NCBI GenBank assembly: GCA_046759385.1
Contig: JBHICC010000003.1
Span: 11,380-75,379 of the forward strand
Direction: 5' to 3'
Source of the DNA: Acidiferrobacterales bacterium
GTDB lineage: Bacteria; Pseudomonadota; Gammaproteobacteria; Acidiferrobacterales; SPGG2
DNA length: 64,000 nt
The stretch's first letter is position 1. Each line of letters begins with the position of its first letter. The translations under genes were made by a program, and so were the position numbers. The notes under the pieces were generated by a model that was not told where the DNA came from, ran no database searches, and worked only from the letters and a program-made list of their open reading frames with translations. Positions 21,067 to 30,881 of the stretch are shown here, piece after piece.

Positions 21067-22248
21067 ATGGCGCCAGCTGCCCACTTGATCAACACTTACG
21101 ATCGCTTGCCGGTCAGCTTTACGCGCGGTGAGGGCGCATGGCTTTGGGACAACCACGGCCGGCGTTACCTAGACGCCGTCGCGGGCATCGCTGTGTGCGG
21201 CCTGGGACATTGCCATCCGGCCGTTACCGCGGCGTTGAGCGAACAAGCCAGAACTCTTGTTCACACGTCGAATCTCTATCACGTCGAGTGGCAAGAAGCG
21301 CTGAGCGAGCGTCTGTGCACACTGGCCGACATGGACAGCGCCTTCTTTTGTAACTCAGGCGCCGAGGCCAACGAGGCGGCAATTAAACTCGCGCGCCTTT
21401 ACGGCAAGCGCCGCCAAATCCGTGCACCGTCAATCGTCGTTACTGAGGGCAGCTTCCACGGACGCACGTTGGCAACCTTGTCGGCAACGGGCAGCCGCAA
21501 GGTACAGGCAGGTTTCGAACCGTTAGTGCAGGGTTTTCGGCGTGTCCCTTACGACGACTTGGAGGCATTGAAACTGGTCAGCGAAAACACGACCGACATC
21601 GTGGCGGTGCTGGTAGAGCCGATCCTTGGTGAAGGCGGGATCGTGTTACCGCGCGTTGGCTACCTGCGCGGTTTGCGGGAGCTGTGTGATACGCAAGGTT
21701 GGCTGTTGATGTTGGACGAGATCCAAACGGGCCTATGTCGCACAGGCCGATGGTTCGCGCATCAACATTATGACGTGAGACCCGATGTTATGACCCTCGC
21801 TAAATCGCTGGGTAACGGCGTGCCGATCGGTGCTTGTCTGGCGCGCGGTCTAGCCGCCGAAGTGTTCCAGCCGGGTACCCACGGGTCAACGTTCGGGGGC
21901 AATCCGCTCGCCTGTCATGTTGGGCTGGCAGTGCTTGAGACCATGGAAAGCGCGAAGCTCGCGAAGCGTGCCGCCGAGCTAGGCAAACGCATGCTTGAGA
22001 CTTTGGCACACGAACTGTCGGAGCATCCCGGGGTTGCACAGGTACGCGGTCAAGGGTTAATGCTTGGCATCGAGCTAGAACGACCCTGTCGTGAGCTCGT
22101 CACCGTGGCGCTTGATAAAGGCGTGTTGATTAACGTCACGGCCGAGAGAGTGGTACGTTTGTTGCCGCCGCTCGTCATCAATGATAGAGATGCTGATCAC
22201 ATCGTCAAGACCACAGTAGGAATTGTGCGAGAGTTTGGGGGTGGTTAG
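21067..22248 (+). CDS. argD: acetylornithine (succinylornithine) aminotransferase
   Basis: Class-III aminotransferase. PLP lysine context TLAKSLGNG. N-terminus …YDRLPVSFTRGEGAWLWD. Confidence 0.9.
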   Translation: MAPAAHLINTYDRLPVSFTRGEGAWLWDNHGRRYLDAVAGIAVCGLGHCHPAVTAALSEQARTLVHTSNLYHVEWQEALSERLCTLADMDSAFFCNSGAEANEAAIKLARLYGKRRQIRAPSIVVTEGSFHGRTLATLSATGSRKVQAGFEPLVQGFRRVPYDDLEALKLVSENTTDIVAVLVEPILGEGGIVLPRVGYLRGLRELCDTQGWLLMLDEIQTGLCRTGRWFAHQHYDVRPDVMTLAKSLGNGVPIGACLARGLAAEVFQPGTHGSTFGGNPLACHVGLAVLETMESAKLAKRAAELGKRMLETLAHELSEHPGVAQVRGQGLMLGIELERPCRELVTVALDKGVLINVTAERVVRLLPPLVINDRDADHIVKTTVGIVREFGGG

Positions 22249-23159
22249 TGACGCACCGCCATTTTCTCACGTTAACAGACTTGAGCGCCGATGAGCTTAA
22301 ACGATTACTCAGACGCGCAGCCGAGCTCAAGGCAATCAGCAAGCGGGGCGAGCGGCACGAGCCACTTCGCAGTAAAACGCTAGCGCTGATATTCGAAAAG
22401 TCTTCCACAAGGACGCGGGTGTCTTTCGAGGCAGGGATAATGCAGCTCGGTGGACACAGTATATTCCTTTCACCGCGTGATACCCATCTTGGTCGGGGTG
22501 AACCGATCGAGGACACAGCGCGTGTTCTATCTCGCATGGTCGACGCAATCGTAGTTCGCAGCCACGCGCATGCGACGCTCGAGGTTTTTGCCGCTAATGC
22601 CAGTGTGCCTGTAATCAATGCACTCAGTGATATGTTTCACCCGTGTCAATTGCTGGCTGATATTCAAACCTTCCAGGAGCAGCGTGGTGACATCGAAGGC
22701 AGAACCGCCGCCTGGATTGGTGACGGCAACAATGTTTGTCATTCCTGGATCAACGCGGCGGGCTTGCTGAACTTTCATCTGCGAATTGCCACTCCGAAGG
22801 GCTACGAGCCAAAAGCAAGCGTGTTAGGGGCGTTCAGCAGTCAGGTCACGCTTGGGCATGATCCCAAAGCGGCCGTTCGGAACGTCGATGTAGTCATTAC
22901 GGATACGTGGGCGAGTATGGGGCAAGAGCAAGAAAAGGCTAAACGCGAACGCGATTTCAGCGACTTCCTCGTTGACGAAGTGCTCATGGGCGAGGCGAAG
23001 CCGGACGCCGTCTTCATGCACTGCCTACCCGCGTACCGGGGGCACGAGGTCACGGCTGAGGTAATTGACGGACCACAAAGTGTCGTCTGGGCCGAGGCCG
23101 AAAATCGTCTGCATTCACAAAAAGCCTTGCTTGAGTTTCTGTTTGGCACGCGTTCATGA
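22248..23159 (+). CDS. argF: ornithine carbamoyltransferase
   Basis: STRTRVSFE and HCLPA motifs. GTG start overlaps the argD stop by 1 nt. Confidence 0.93.
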   Translation: MTHRHFLTLTDLSADELKRLLRRAAELKAISKRGERHEPLRSKTLALIFEKSSTRTRVSFEAGIMQLGGHSIFLSPRDTHLGRGEPIEDTARVLSRMVDAIVVRSHAHATLEVFAANASVPVINALSDMFHPCQLLADIQTFQEQRGDIEGRTAAWIGDGNNVCHSWINAAGLLNFHLRIATPKGYEPKASVLGAFSSQVTLGHDPKAAVRNVDVVITDTWASMGQEQEKAKRERDFSDFLVDEVLMGEAKPDAVFMHCLPAYRGHEVTAEVIDGPQSVVWAEAENRLHSQKALLEFLFGTRS

Positions 23160-23259
23160 ACTCGGCGCTGTTCAACCGCGTTTTATGCGGGACCACCGGG
23201 CAACAGGATTGGGCAAATGAGATTTGATATCATCGGCACTCCGTTCTCATTAGGAGGCG

Positions 23260-24315
23260 ATGTTGCCCGATCTGCTCACCTTGATTGACGTTGACTGCCG
23301 CTATAACGGCCACCCGGCGGTACGCGGGCTCGGCATGAACGTGACACCGGGCAGCGTTGTGTGCCTGCTGGGACCAAGTGGTTGCGGCAAAACAACGGTG
23401 TTGCGCGCAATCGCTGGATTTCATCCGTTGACTGAGGGAGAGATCTTGCTTAAGGGTCAGCATGTGTCGCGGCCGGGGTTCACGTTGCCGCCCGAGAGAC
23501 GCAATCTCGGCATGGTCTTTCAAGATTATGCCCTGTTCCCACACCTCAACGTCAACCAAAACGTCGGCTTCGGTTTGCGCAACACGCCTGGCACTACGAA
23601 ACTACGTGTTGTGAGTGATTTACTCGCCACAGTAGGATTAGGTGGCATGGGTGAGCGCTATCCACACGAGCTTTCCGGCGGTCAACAACAGCGTGTGGCA
23701 CTTGCGCGGGCGCTTGCACCACGACCGGATCTCATTCTCATGGATGAGCCATTTTCCAACCTGGACATCGAATTCCGTGAACGTCTGAGCACAGAAGTGC
23801 GCGATATCTTGAAAGAGCAAGGGACTACCGCAGTCCTAGTTACGCATGACCAACACGAAGCCTTCGCTCTGGGTGATAAGGTCGGGGTCATGTACGATGG
23901 CCAGCTACTGCAGTGGGACACGCCCTACAACCTATATCACGAGCCTGCTTGCCGATTTGTCGCCGACTTTATCGGCCAGGGCGTCTTTGTCCCAGGGACT
24001 CTGTTGACGCCGGATACGGTCGAGACCGAGCTGGGTATGGTTCAGGGTAACCGCGCCTACCCTTGGGGCGAGAAAGCGCCGATCGAGGTCTTGTTCCGGC
24101 CCGACGACATTGTGCCTGATCCCGCCAGCGATCTGCGCGGCGAGGTAGTACAAAAGGCGTTCAAGGGTGCGGAGATTCTGTATACCTTGCAACTGTCGAC
24201 CGGCGGACAGGTCCTTTCGCTGTTTCCGAGTCACTCCGATCACGCAGTGGGTGAAACGGTCGGAATCCGAGTCGAGGCCGACCATTTGGTAGTCTTTCCC
24301 CGCATAACTGATTAA
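23260..24315 (+). CDS. ABC transporter ATP-binding protein (PotA/FbpC-like, with C-terminal TOBE-type domain)
   Basis: Walker A GPSGCGKTT, signature LSGGQQQRVALARAL, Walker B LILMDEPFS. AGGAGG lies upstream of the ATG. No permease or binding-protein gene is adjacent. Confidence 0.88.
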   Translation: MLPDLLTLIDVDCRYNGHPAVRGLGMNVTPGSVVCLLGPSGCGKTTVLRAIAGFHPLTEGEILLKGQHVSRPGFTLPPERRNLGMVFQDYALFPHLNVNQNVGFGLRNTPGTTKLRVVSDLLATVGLGGMGERYPHELSGGQQQRVALARALAPRPDLILMDEPFSNLDIEFRERLSTEVRDILKEQGTTAVLVTHDQHEAFALGDKVGVMYDGQLLQWDTPYNLYHEPACRFVADFIGQGVFVPGTLLTPDTVETELGMVQGNRAYPWGEKAPIEVLFRPDDIVPDPASDLRGEVVQKAFKGAEILYTLQLSTGGQVLSLFPSHSDHAVGETVGIRVEADHLVVFPRITD

Positions 24316-24398
24316 TCGATTACACGTATAACGCCGGCAGCGCGGTAGGCGACTCGTGGATTTTGGCCTAAACTATCTTTAGCATCGAGACCCCCGCG

Positions 24399-26540
24399 TT
24401 GGAAAAGAAAATCTTACGTTTATTGATTGTCGATGACTCGCCGGACGATGCGGATCTCCCGGTCAGCACGCTGCGCAAGAGCGATTATATGTTGAAATCG
24501 CAGCGCGTACAGGATATGGCCGGCATGCAGGCGGCACTGGCAAAAGCGGAATGGGACCTTGTCATCTCGGAGTATCAGCTACCTCACTTCGGTGCCATTC
24601 TCGCACTCGACACATTGAAGCACTCGGGTCGCGATCTGCCGTTCATCGTGGTCACCAAGGCGATCCATAGCGACGATCTCGCCAAAGTGATGCGCGCTGG
24701 TGCCCGCGATGTGTTGTTAAAAGACGATCTCGTGCGCTTAGTTCCCGTGATCGAGCGAGAGCTTACAAGCGTTGCCGAGCGTGGTGAGTACCGGCAAACC
24801 AACGAGCGTCTCCATGAGATCGAAAACAAACATCAGGCCATGATAGATGGTTCGCGCGAAGCAATCTGCTATAGCCACGAAGGCATGCACGTAGATGCGA
24901 ATCGAGCGTACTTGAAGCTGTTTGGTTACGAAGGCTTGGAGGAGCTCGAAGGCATACCCGTCCTAAATTTGATCGACAAAAGCGATCACGCTGGCTTTAA
25001 AGAATATCTTCGCAAAACGAACAAGAAAGGCGTCGGTGTCTCCGGCCCGCAAATCTTCACCGCGGTGAAGAAAGACAGCTCGCGGCTTCCCGTTGAGGTC
25101 AGTATGTCGCTGATCAGTCTCGGCGGCGAGAGCTGTACCCAGATTGTCGTCGTCGATCTCTCAAGACACGCCGCTGTCCAGATCAAGCGCGACGAGATTA
25201 GCGATCGTGACGATCTCACGGGTGCCCATAAGCGCGAGTACTTCCTGGAGCAACTCGGTAGCGCAATTGAGCAGGCCAAGGGTGGCGGTGGAAGCGGCGC
25301 GCTTGTGTACATCGAACTAGACGGCCTGAAGGAAATTAATGAGAAATTCGGAAGCTCGCGTGGTGACCGGCTGTTGAGCGAAATCGGCTCGTTGTTTATC
25401 AATAAGCTCGGTGACGATGGGATCGTGTCGCGTTTCGGCGGTGATGAGTTCGCGGTTCTGTTAGCCAAGGACGACCAAGACGATGCGCAGGCGATCGCGA
25501 AGACACTTAATCAATGCGTAGAGGATGCATCGTCAGCGGTTGTTGGGCAAGCCGACGCGTCGGATTGCACCTTAGGCTTAATCATGATTGATGAAACGGC
25601 CGGCAGCGTGGAGAAGATTTTGTCACTCGCCTATGGCGCATGCGAGCAAGCCAAGAAACGAAAGAAGCCATCCGCGCCTGCGACGGAAACGCGCCCTCGG
25701 TCTAGTAGTACCAAAGACGCAGACGCGCAGCGTCTCGCAGTATGGCGCAACCGCATTCAGCATGCGCTAGACAGTAGCACCTTCCAGCTCGTCTACCAGC
25801 CGATTATCAACCTCATTGGAGATCCTTCCGAGTACTACGAAGTCTTGATTCGCATGCCTGGGGATAACGATGAACTGATTTCTGCCGGTGAGTTTATGGC
25901 GGTCGCCGAGGAGTCCGGGCAGGCAAGCGCCATCGATGAGTGGGTGGTCGAACACGCACTGAAGGGGCTAGTTGAACTGCATCAGGAAGGTCAGAAAGCC
26001 TCGTTTTTCGTCAACCTGTCGATGCACGCTCCGCAGAATGAAGTGCTTGTGCCGTTGATCCAGGGAGTTCTCAAGGAAAGTGATCTTGCCGGTGAGCATT
26101 TGATCCTGGAGACGGACGAGACATTGCTCGACAACAACTTTCAGGCGACTGAGGCTTTCATGCAGGCCACACATAAGCTCGGGTGTCGGCACTCGCTCGA
26201 TAACTTTGGTGCGCGCCTGGCCCTTTTGGGTCGCCTGCGAGAGCTGCCCGTTGAGTTCTTGAAGATAGACGGCGCGCTCGTGCGCAACTGCGCGCAGGAC
26301 AACATCAAACAGTTGGCGCTGAAAACTATCGTGCAGGCGGCCAAAATATTAAACAAAAAAACCATCGGCAAATGTGTAGAAGACGAAGAAACGCTGTCCC
26401 TGCTTTACAGCTACGAGCTCGACTACTTGCAGGGCAATTATTTCCAGCATGCCGACACCGCACCGGAGTTCAACTTCGGCAGCGAGACCACCTTGTCCTC
26501 GGAGGACGCCGATACGCCGAATTGGCCTCCGGCGACGTAG
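24399..26540 (+). CDS. REC-PAS-GGDEF-EAL signalling protein
   Basis: Receiver-like N-terminus (LIVDDS…VISEYQLP…VVTK…LLKD). GGDEF motif intact (RFGGDEFAVL). EAL domain with EVL, ILETDE, DNFG, KIDG, QGNYF. TTG start per the ORF track. Confidence 0.88.
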   Translation: MEKKILRLLIVDDSPDDADLPVSTLRKSDYMLKSQRVQDMAGMQAALAKAEWDLVISEYQLPHFGAILALDTLKHSGRDLPFIVVTKAIHSDDLAKVMRAGARDVLLKDDLVRLVPVIERELTSVAERGEYRQTNERLHEIENKHQAMIDGSREAICYSHEGMHVDANRAYLKLFGYEGLEELEGIPVLNLIDKSDHAGFKEYLRKTNKKGVGVSGPQIFTAVKKDSSRLPVEVSMSLISLGGESCTQIVVVDLSRHAAVQIKRDEISDRDDLTGAHKREYFLEQLGSAIEQAKGGGGSGALVYIELDGLKEINEKFGSSRGDRLLSEIGSLFINKLGDDGIVSRFGGDEFAVLLAKDDQDDAQAIAKTLNQCVEDASSAVVGQADASDCTLGLIMIDETAGSVEKILSLAYGACEQAKKRKKPSAPATETRPRSSSTKDADAQRLAVWRNRIQHALDSSTFQLVYQPIINLIGDPSEYYEVLIRMPGDNDELISAGEFMAVAEESGQASAIDEWVVEHALKGLVELHQEGQKASFFVNLSMHAPQNEVLVPLIQGVLKESDLAGEHLILETDETLLDNNFQATEAFMQATHKLGCRHSLDNFGARLALLGRLRELPVEFLKIDGALVRNCAQDNIKQLALKTIVQAAKILNKKTIGKCVEDEETLSLLYSYELDYLQGNYFQHADTAPEFNFGSETTLSSEDADTPNWPPAT

Positions 26541-26660
26541 CGGCGACCCCCGCCTCTGACCCTCGACCCGTCTGTCTCGGCAACACTGGCTCTGCCTTCG
26601 GGCTTGCGCATGCGGTCAGGTAAAATGCGTCTGCACTGACGTAACTTACTGAGCGAATCC

Positions 26661-28484
26661 GTGGATCCCAGCCTCTACCCGCCTCCGCCGACGAGCCAGA
26701 ACCCCTGGACTCCAATTCGCACTTTGCTGCCGTATCTCTGGGAGTTTCGCGGCCGTGTCTTATTGGCGGTTTTCTTCCTGGGGTTGTCTAAGTTGGCGAG
26801 CGTGGCGATTCCGCTGGTGCTAAAGGAAATCGTCGATGCGCTCGATCGACCACAAGCCATACTCATACTCCCGCTGTTCCTTCTGCTCGCATACGGCGGA
26901 TTGCGGCTAGTAAACGCCCTTTTCGGCGAGCTGCGTGATGTCGTATTCGCTAAGGTCATGCAGCGCTCCATTCGCCGAATTGCGCTCAAAGTTTTTCGGC
27001 ATTTGCACAATCTTGCACTTCGCTTTCATCTCGATCGGCGCACAGGTGGGGTTTCGCGAGATATCGAACGTGGTACCGCTGGCATTCGCTTTTTGTTGAC
27101 TTTCAGTATCTTCAATGTGCTGCCGACCTTACTCGAAATCGGCCTAGTCGTAGGAATATTGCTAATCAAGTTTGATGTGTGGTTCGCGGTCATCACCTTC
27201 GTAACTCTTGGTACCTATATCCTATTCACGTTCTGGGTCACCGAGTGGCGCATGAAATTTCGCCGCGCAATGAATGAGATGGACTCGAAAGCGAACACAT
27301 CTGCGATTGATAGTTTGCTCAACTATGAGACCGTTAAGTACTTTACGAATGAGGACTACGAAGCGAAGCGCTACGACGACAACTTGTGCTCATGGGAGAA
27401 CGCAGCGATTCGAACTCAGACGTCACTGTCAGCGCTAAACGCGGGGCAAGGCGCAATTATCGCTGTCGGCGTAACTTTGCTGATGGTACTCGCCAGCCAA
27501 GGGGTTGTAAGTGGGTCAATGACACTCGGCGACCTTGTGATGGTGAACGCGTTTCTAATTCAGCTCTACATGCCACTTCGGTTCCTCGGGACCGTGTACC
27601 GTGAGATTCGCCACGCGCTCGCGGACATGGAACGCATGTTCGGCCTGCTCGAGGCGCCTCCGGAGGTGCAAGACAAGCCGCGGGCAAGTGATTTATCCGT
27701 ACGTGGGGGAGATATTCGCTTTGAGCACGTTGACTTCGGTTACGATCCCGATCGACAGATTTTGTTCGGCGTGGATTTCTCGGTTCCTACCAATCACAAG
27801 GTTGCGGTGGTAGGCCACAGTGGAGCCGGTAAGTCCACTCTGGCACGACTGATCTTTCGCTTTTACGACGTCAGCGCCGGACGCATTCTGATTGATGGGC
27901 AAGACATTCGCGACGTTACACAATCGAGCTTGCGTAGCGCAATCGGCGTCGTTCCACAGGACACAGTGCTATTCAACGACACCATTTACTACAACATCGC
28001 TTACGGACATCCGGGTGCCAGTCATGACGAAATCATCCTGGCCGCCAAACACGCCCAGATTCACGCCTTTATTGAATCTTTACCAAAAGGCTATAACTCA
28101 ATCGTCGGTGAGCGCGGGCTTAAGCTCTCGGGTGGTGAGAAGCAGCGGGTTGCCATCGCCCGGACAATTCTTAAGAATCCTAAAATCCTCGTATTCGATG
28201 AGGCGACATCAGCGCTTGATTCAGCGACCGAGCAGGCTATTCAGGCGCAACTGCGAGAAGTCGCGGCCAACCACACCACGCTCGTCATCGCGCACCGCCT
28301 CTCGACCGTGATGGACGCCGATCAGATTTTGGTAATGGCGGAGGGTTGCATCGTCGAGCGCGGCACCCACTCTGAGTTGCTCGCCCGCGATGGGCTTTAC
28401 TCGCATATGTGGGCTCTGCAGCAGCGCGAAGAGCAAGAACGATTGCGCAAGGCGGTGGGGAATGGACTTAGGCGCGAGCCATAG
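26661..28484 (+). CDS. ABC transporter permease/ATPase fusion (ABCB, Atm1/HMT1-like exporter)
   Basis: Six-TM N-terminal half plus Walker A GHSGAGKST, LSGGEKQRVAIAR and ILVFDEATSALD. Confidence 0.88.
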   Translation: MDPSLYPPPPTSQNPWTPIRTLLPYLWEFRGRVLLAVFFLGLSKLASVAIPLVLKEIVDALDRPQAILILPLFLLLAYGGLRLVNALFGELRDVVFAKVMQRSIRRIALKVFRHLHNLALRFHLDRRTGGVSRDIERGTAGIRFLLTFSIFNVLPTLLEIGLVVGILLIKFDVWFAVITFVTLGTYILFTFWVTEWRMKFRRAMNEMDSKANTSAIDSLLNYETVKYFTNEDYEAKRYDDNLCSWENAAIRTQTSLSALNAGQGAIIAVGVTLLMVLASQGVVSGSMTLGDLVMVNAFLIQLYMPLRFLGTVYREIRHALADMERMFGLLEAPPEVQDKPRASDLSVRGGDIRFEHVDFGYDPDRQILFGVDFSVPTNHKVAVVGHSGAGKSTLARLIFRFYDVSAGRILIDGQDIRDVTQSSLRSAIGVVPQDTVLFNDTIYYNIAYGHPGASHDEIILAAKHAQIHAFIESLPKGYNSIVGERGLKLSGGEKQRVAIARTILKNPKILVFDEATSALDSATEQAIQAQLREVAANHTTLVIAHRLSTVMDADQILVMAEGCIVERGTHSELLARDGLYSHMWALQQREEQERLRKAVGNGLRREP

Positions 28485-28550
28485 TCGGGCACGCGGCCTG
28501 GTCAGGTTAGGTTGGTTTGTGCGAAAAAAACGATATGCAAACGGTTACGA

Positions 28551-29312
28551 CTATGACAGGAGTCGCGCGCCCGAAAGGGTGATCAACCCCCCAACGATGC
28601 GGCTGAACCAGATTTCCGAGATTCGCGCGAAGATTCGATTCCCAACTAATATTCCTAGAAAAAGCCCTGGTAGGGCGAGGGCGACCAATGTCAACGCTTC
28701 TCCCGAAACCACGCCGGCACCGATATAGGTTGTCACTCGGGCAAGCGCCGAAGCAAACAAAATCGGTATCATGACCTTTCTGAAAAGCGCCTTGGTGTAA
28801 CGACGACCCAGATGCCAGGCAAGCGCAGGACCGGTAATGCCGATCAGGCCGCCGAGACAGCCGGCTGTGGCCGCGACCGCCAGGTCGACGCGGCCTGGAT
28901 GTGCAGATAGATCATCCGCAAGCGCCGCGGCCTTGCGCGCCCGTCCACCGAGCATAAACCAGAGCCCAAGCGGCAGCAGCGCGAGCCCGAAGACGATATT
29001 GAAATAATTCGCCGGCGCCCAGGCGAGGAACGCTGCGCCGATCGCTGAGCCGATCACCGCCGCCAGCGCCATGGGTAGCCAGAACCCCTTGTGTACCCAA
29101 GCGTGATCAAGTTTGAACAAGGCGGTGTTGCTGATCAAATCTAAGAAACCAATAACAACTACGACCTCTTTAGCGCCAAAGACCAACGCCCCCAAAGGCA
29201 CAAGCACGACACCGGGGCCAAAGGCGGCAACGCTCTTCAGCAGAAACGCGAAAAATGAAAGCGGAACGATCAAAAACAGTTCAAGTTCTTGCATCGCACA
29301 ATCAGTGGACAA
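28551..29312 (-). CDS. TauE/SafE family sulfite/anion exporter
   Basis: About 250 aa, multi-TM, Gly/Ala-rich helices typical of TauE/SafE. Last gene of a five-gene minus-strand operon. Confidence 0.75.
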   Translation of the reverse strand: MSTDCAMQELELFLIVPLSFFAFLLKSVAAFGPGVVLVPLGALVFGAKEVVVVIGFLDLISNTALFKLDHAWVHKGFWLPMALAAVIGSAIGAAFLAWAPANYFNIVFGLALLPLGLWFMLGGRARKAAALADDLSAHPGRVDLAVAATAGCLGGLIGITGPALAWHLGRRYTKALFRKVMIPILFASALARVTTYIGAGVVSGEALTLVALALPGLFLGILVGNRIFARISEIWFSRIVGGLITLSGARLLS

Positions 29313-29316
29313 GGAG

Positions 29317-30255
29317 TTAATGCGCCGCGGATCGCTGATCCCTCAACCAATCCGCGTAGCGGCGTACGCCTTCTTCCAGTTCGTAGCGTGGCTCATAGCT
29401 GAGTTCCCGCTTGGCGCGACTGATATCAAGCGCTTCACTGCGCCGCATAAGCGCACCTGGACCGATGTTCACCCTAACGGGGAAGTGGGTATAACGCTGG
29501 GCCAGATTGGCCACTTCACCGACTGTGTGCGCCCGGCCCGTGGCAATGTTGAATGTCTTCTCGCTTAAGCCCTCGGCATTGAACAATAGAACGATCCCAC
29601 GGGCGGCGTCCTCGACATATGTGAAGTCCAGCCGCTGATCCGCCCCTTTCTCCATTTGCAATCCTTCAATGCCTTCCAGGGCACCAAATGCCAGCTTGTA
29701 AAGCCGAATAAAGCGAGAGGGATATTTTCCCGGACCGTACACGAAATAGAGCCTTGCGATTCTAAAGTCCAGCCCAAAGCTCTGCTCATATTGAAAGCCC
29801 AGGTATTCTGCCGACGTTTTCGTCGCAGCGTAGAGGTCCGTCGGGTTCGGCGCGTTATCTTCAGACGCGAATCCATCGACCACACCATAGACGGCACCGG
29901 TACTCGTATAGACCACTTTTTTGACCTCAAGCCGACGCGCGAGCTCAAGCACATTGACCAGACCCATAAGATTGGTCTCGACGTTGTGACGTGGATTATC
30001 CAACACCAGCTCACCCATAACGCCTACCGTATGAATGACACCTTCGATGTCACGGCCGTAGGTTTTGAACACGTCAGTTAGAGCAGCGAAATCCAACACA
30101 TCGCCTTGGATGAATCTTATGTGATCAGAAACGGGATCAAGATAATCGAGCGCGCGCTGCTCGACATCATAAAGGACGACTTCCCGCTCGTTGCTCGCCA
30201 ACAAACGAGCTATCCAAGACGCAATGTGACCGTAGCCGCCGGTGACGAGAACCAT
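29317..30255 (-). CDS. NAD-dependent epimerase/dehydratase (extended SDR)
   Basis: VLVTGGYGHIAS Rossmann motif; catalytic YAATK (YxxxK). Confidence 0.85.
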   Translation of the reverse strand: MVLVTGGYGHIASWIARLLASNEREVVLYDVEQRALDYLDPVSDHIRFIQGDVLDFAALTDVFKTYGRDIEGVIHTVGVMGELVLDNPRHNVETNLMGLVNVLELARRLEVKKVVYTSTGAVYGVVDGFASEDNAPNPTDLYAATKTSAEYLGFQYEQSFGLDFRIARLYFVYGPGKYPSRFIRLYKLAFGALEGIEGLQMEKGADQRLDFTYVEDAARGIVLLFNAEGLSEKTFNIATGRAHTVGEVANLAQRYTHFPVRVNIGPGALMRRSEALDISRAKRELSYEPRYELEEGVRRYADWLRDQRSAAH

Positions 30256-30257
30256 AA

Positions 30258-30881
30258 TCAGAGCACTCGCTCGCCGGCTTCAACAGCCAATTCGAGTCTA
30301 TTTTCTTCCGGTATCAACGGGCACACCCAGCGGTCTGCATAGGCGCACGAGGGATTGTAAGCATAGTTAAAATCGAGCACGACCTGCTCATCAGTAACCC
30401 CAAGATCGGCTCCCTTTATCGTGTCGTAAAGAAAACGCCCGCCTCCATAGGTCGTCTCACCGTTCGTACAATCACGAAACGGCAAGAATAGCCCGCCGCC
30501 GTATCCTTCGAGCCAGTAAGCGTTCAGCATGCCCACCTCGCCGCCCAACTCAAAGTGGGCCTGTGCCACGCGCGTGTAACGCAGCACACCGTCTGCCGCG
30601 AGATCAGTCTCTTCCGACTGGTGCTCCACGGCACGATCGAGGGTGCCCAGTACCGAGTAAGCGGGGTTAAACGGATAGTAATCGAGCCCTTCGAACGCGG
30701 CACGCTGCTCAAGGGAAAGAGGGCTCGAGGGGTGTGTTTTGAAGAGCGCGTCGCGCCCCCTGCGAAAGTGCTCTGCCGTGGCTGCGCCATTGGCGTTTGA
30801 CGCCTCGCGCACGTGTCCATAAAGCCCCGCCACAGCGTGGCGCCACTGCGTGAGCGCGAACGGATCAGTTGGCGTAGTCAA
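30258..30881 (-). CDS. DUF1684 family protein
   Basis: ORF 30258..30965 would overlap the upstream gene by 88 nt. An in-frame TTG at 30881-30879 overlaps the upstream TGA (TTGA), so the start is uncertain between 30881 and 30965. Family call is from memory of DUF1684. Confidence 0.6.
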   Translation of the reverse strand: MTTPTDPFALTQWRHAVAGLYGHVREASNANGAATAEHFRRGRDALFKTHPSSPLSLEQRAAFEGLDYYPFNPAYSVLGTLDRAVEHQSEETDLAADGVLRYTRVAQAHFELGGEVGMLNAYWLEGYGGGLFLPFRDCTNGETTYGGGRFLYDTIKGADLGVTDEQVVLDFNYAYNPSCAYADRWVCPLIPEENRLELAVEAGERVL

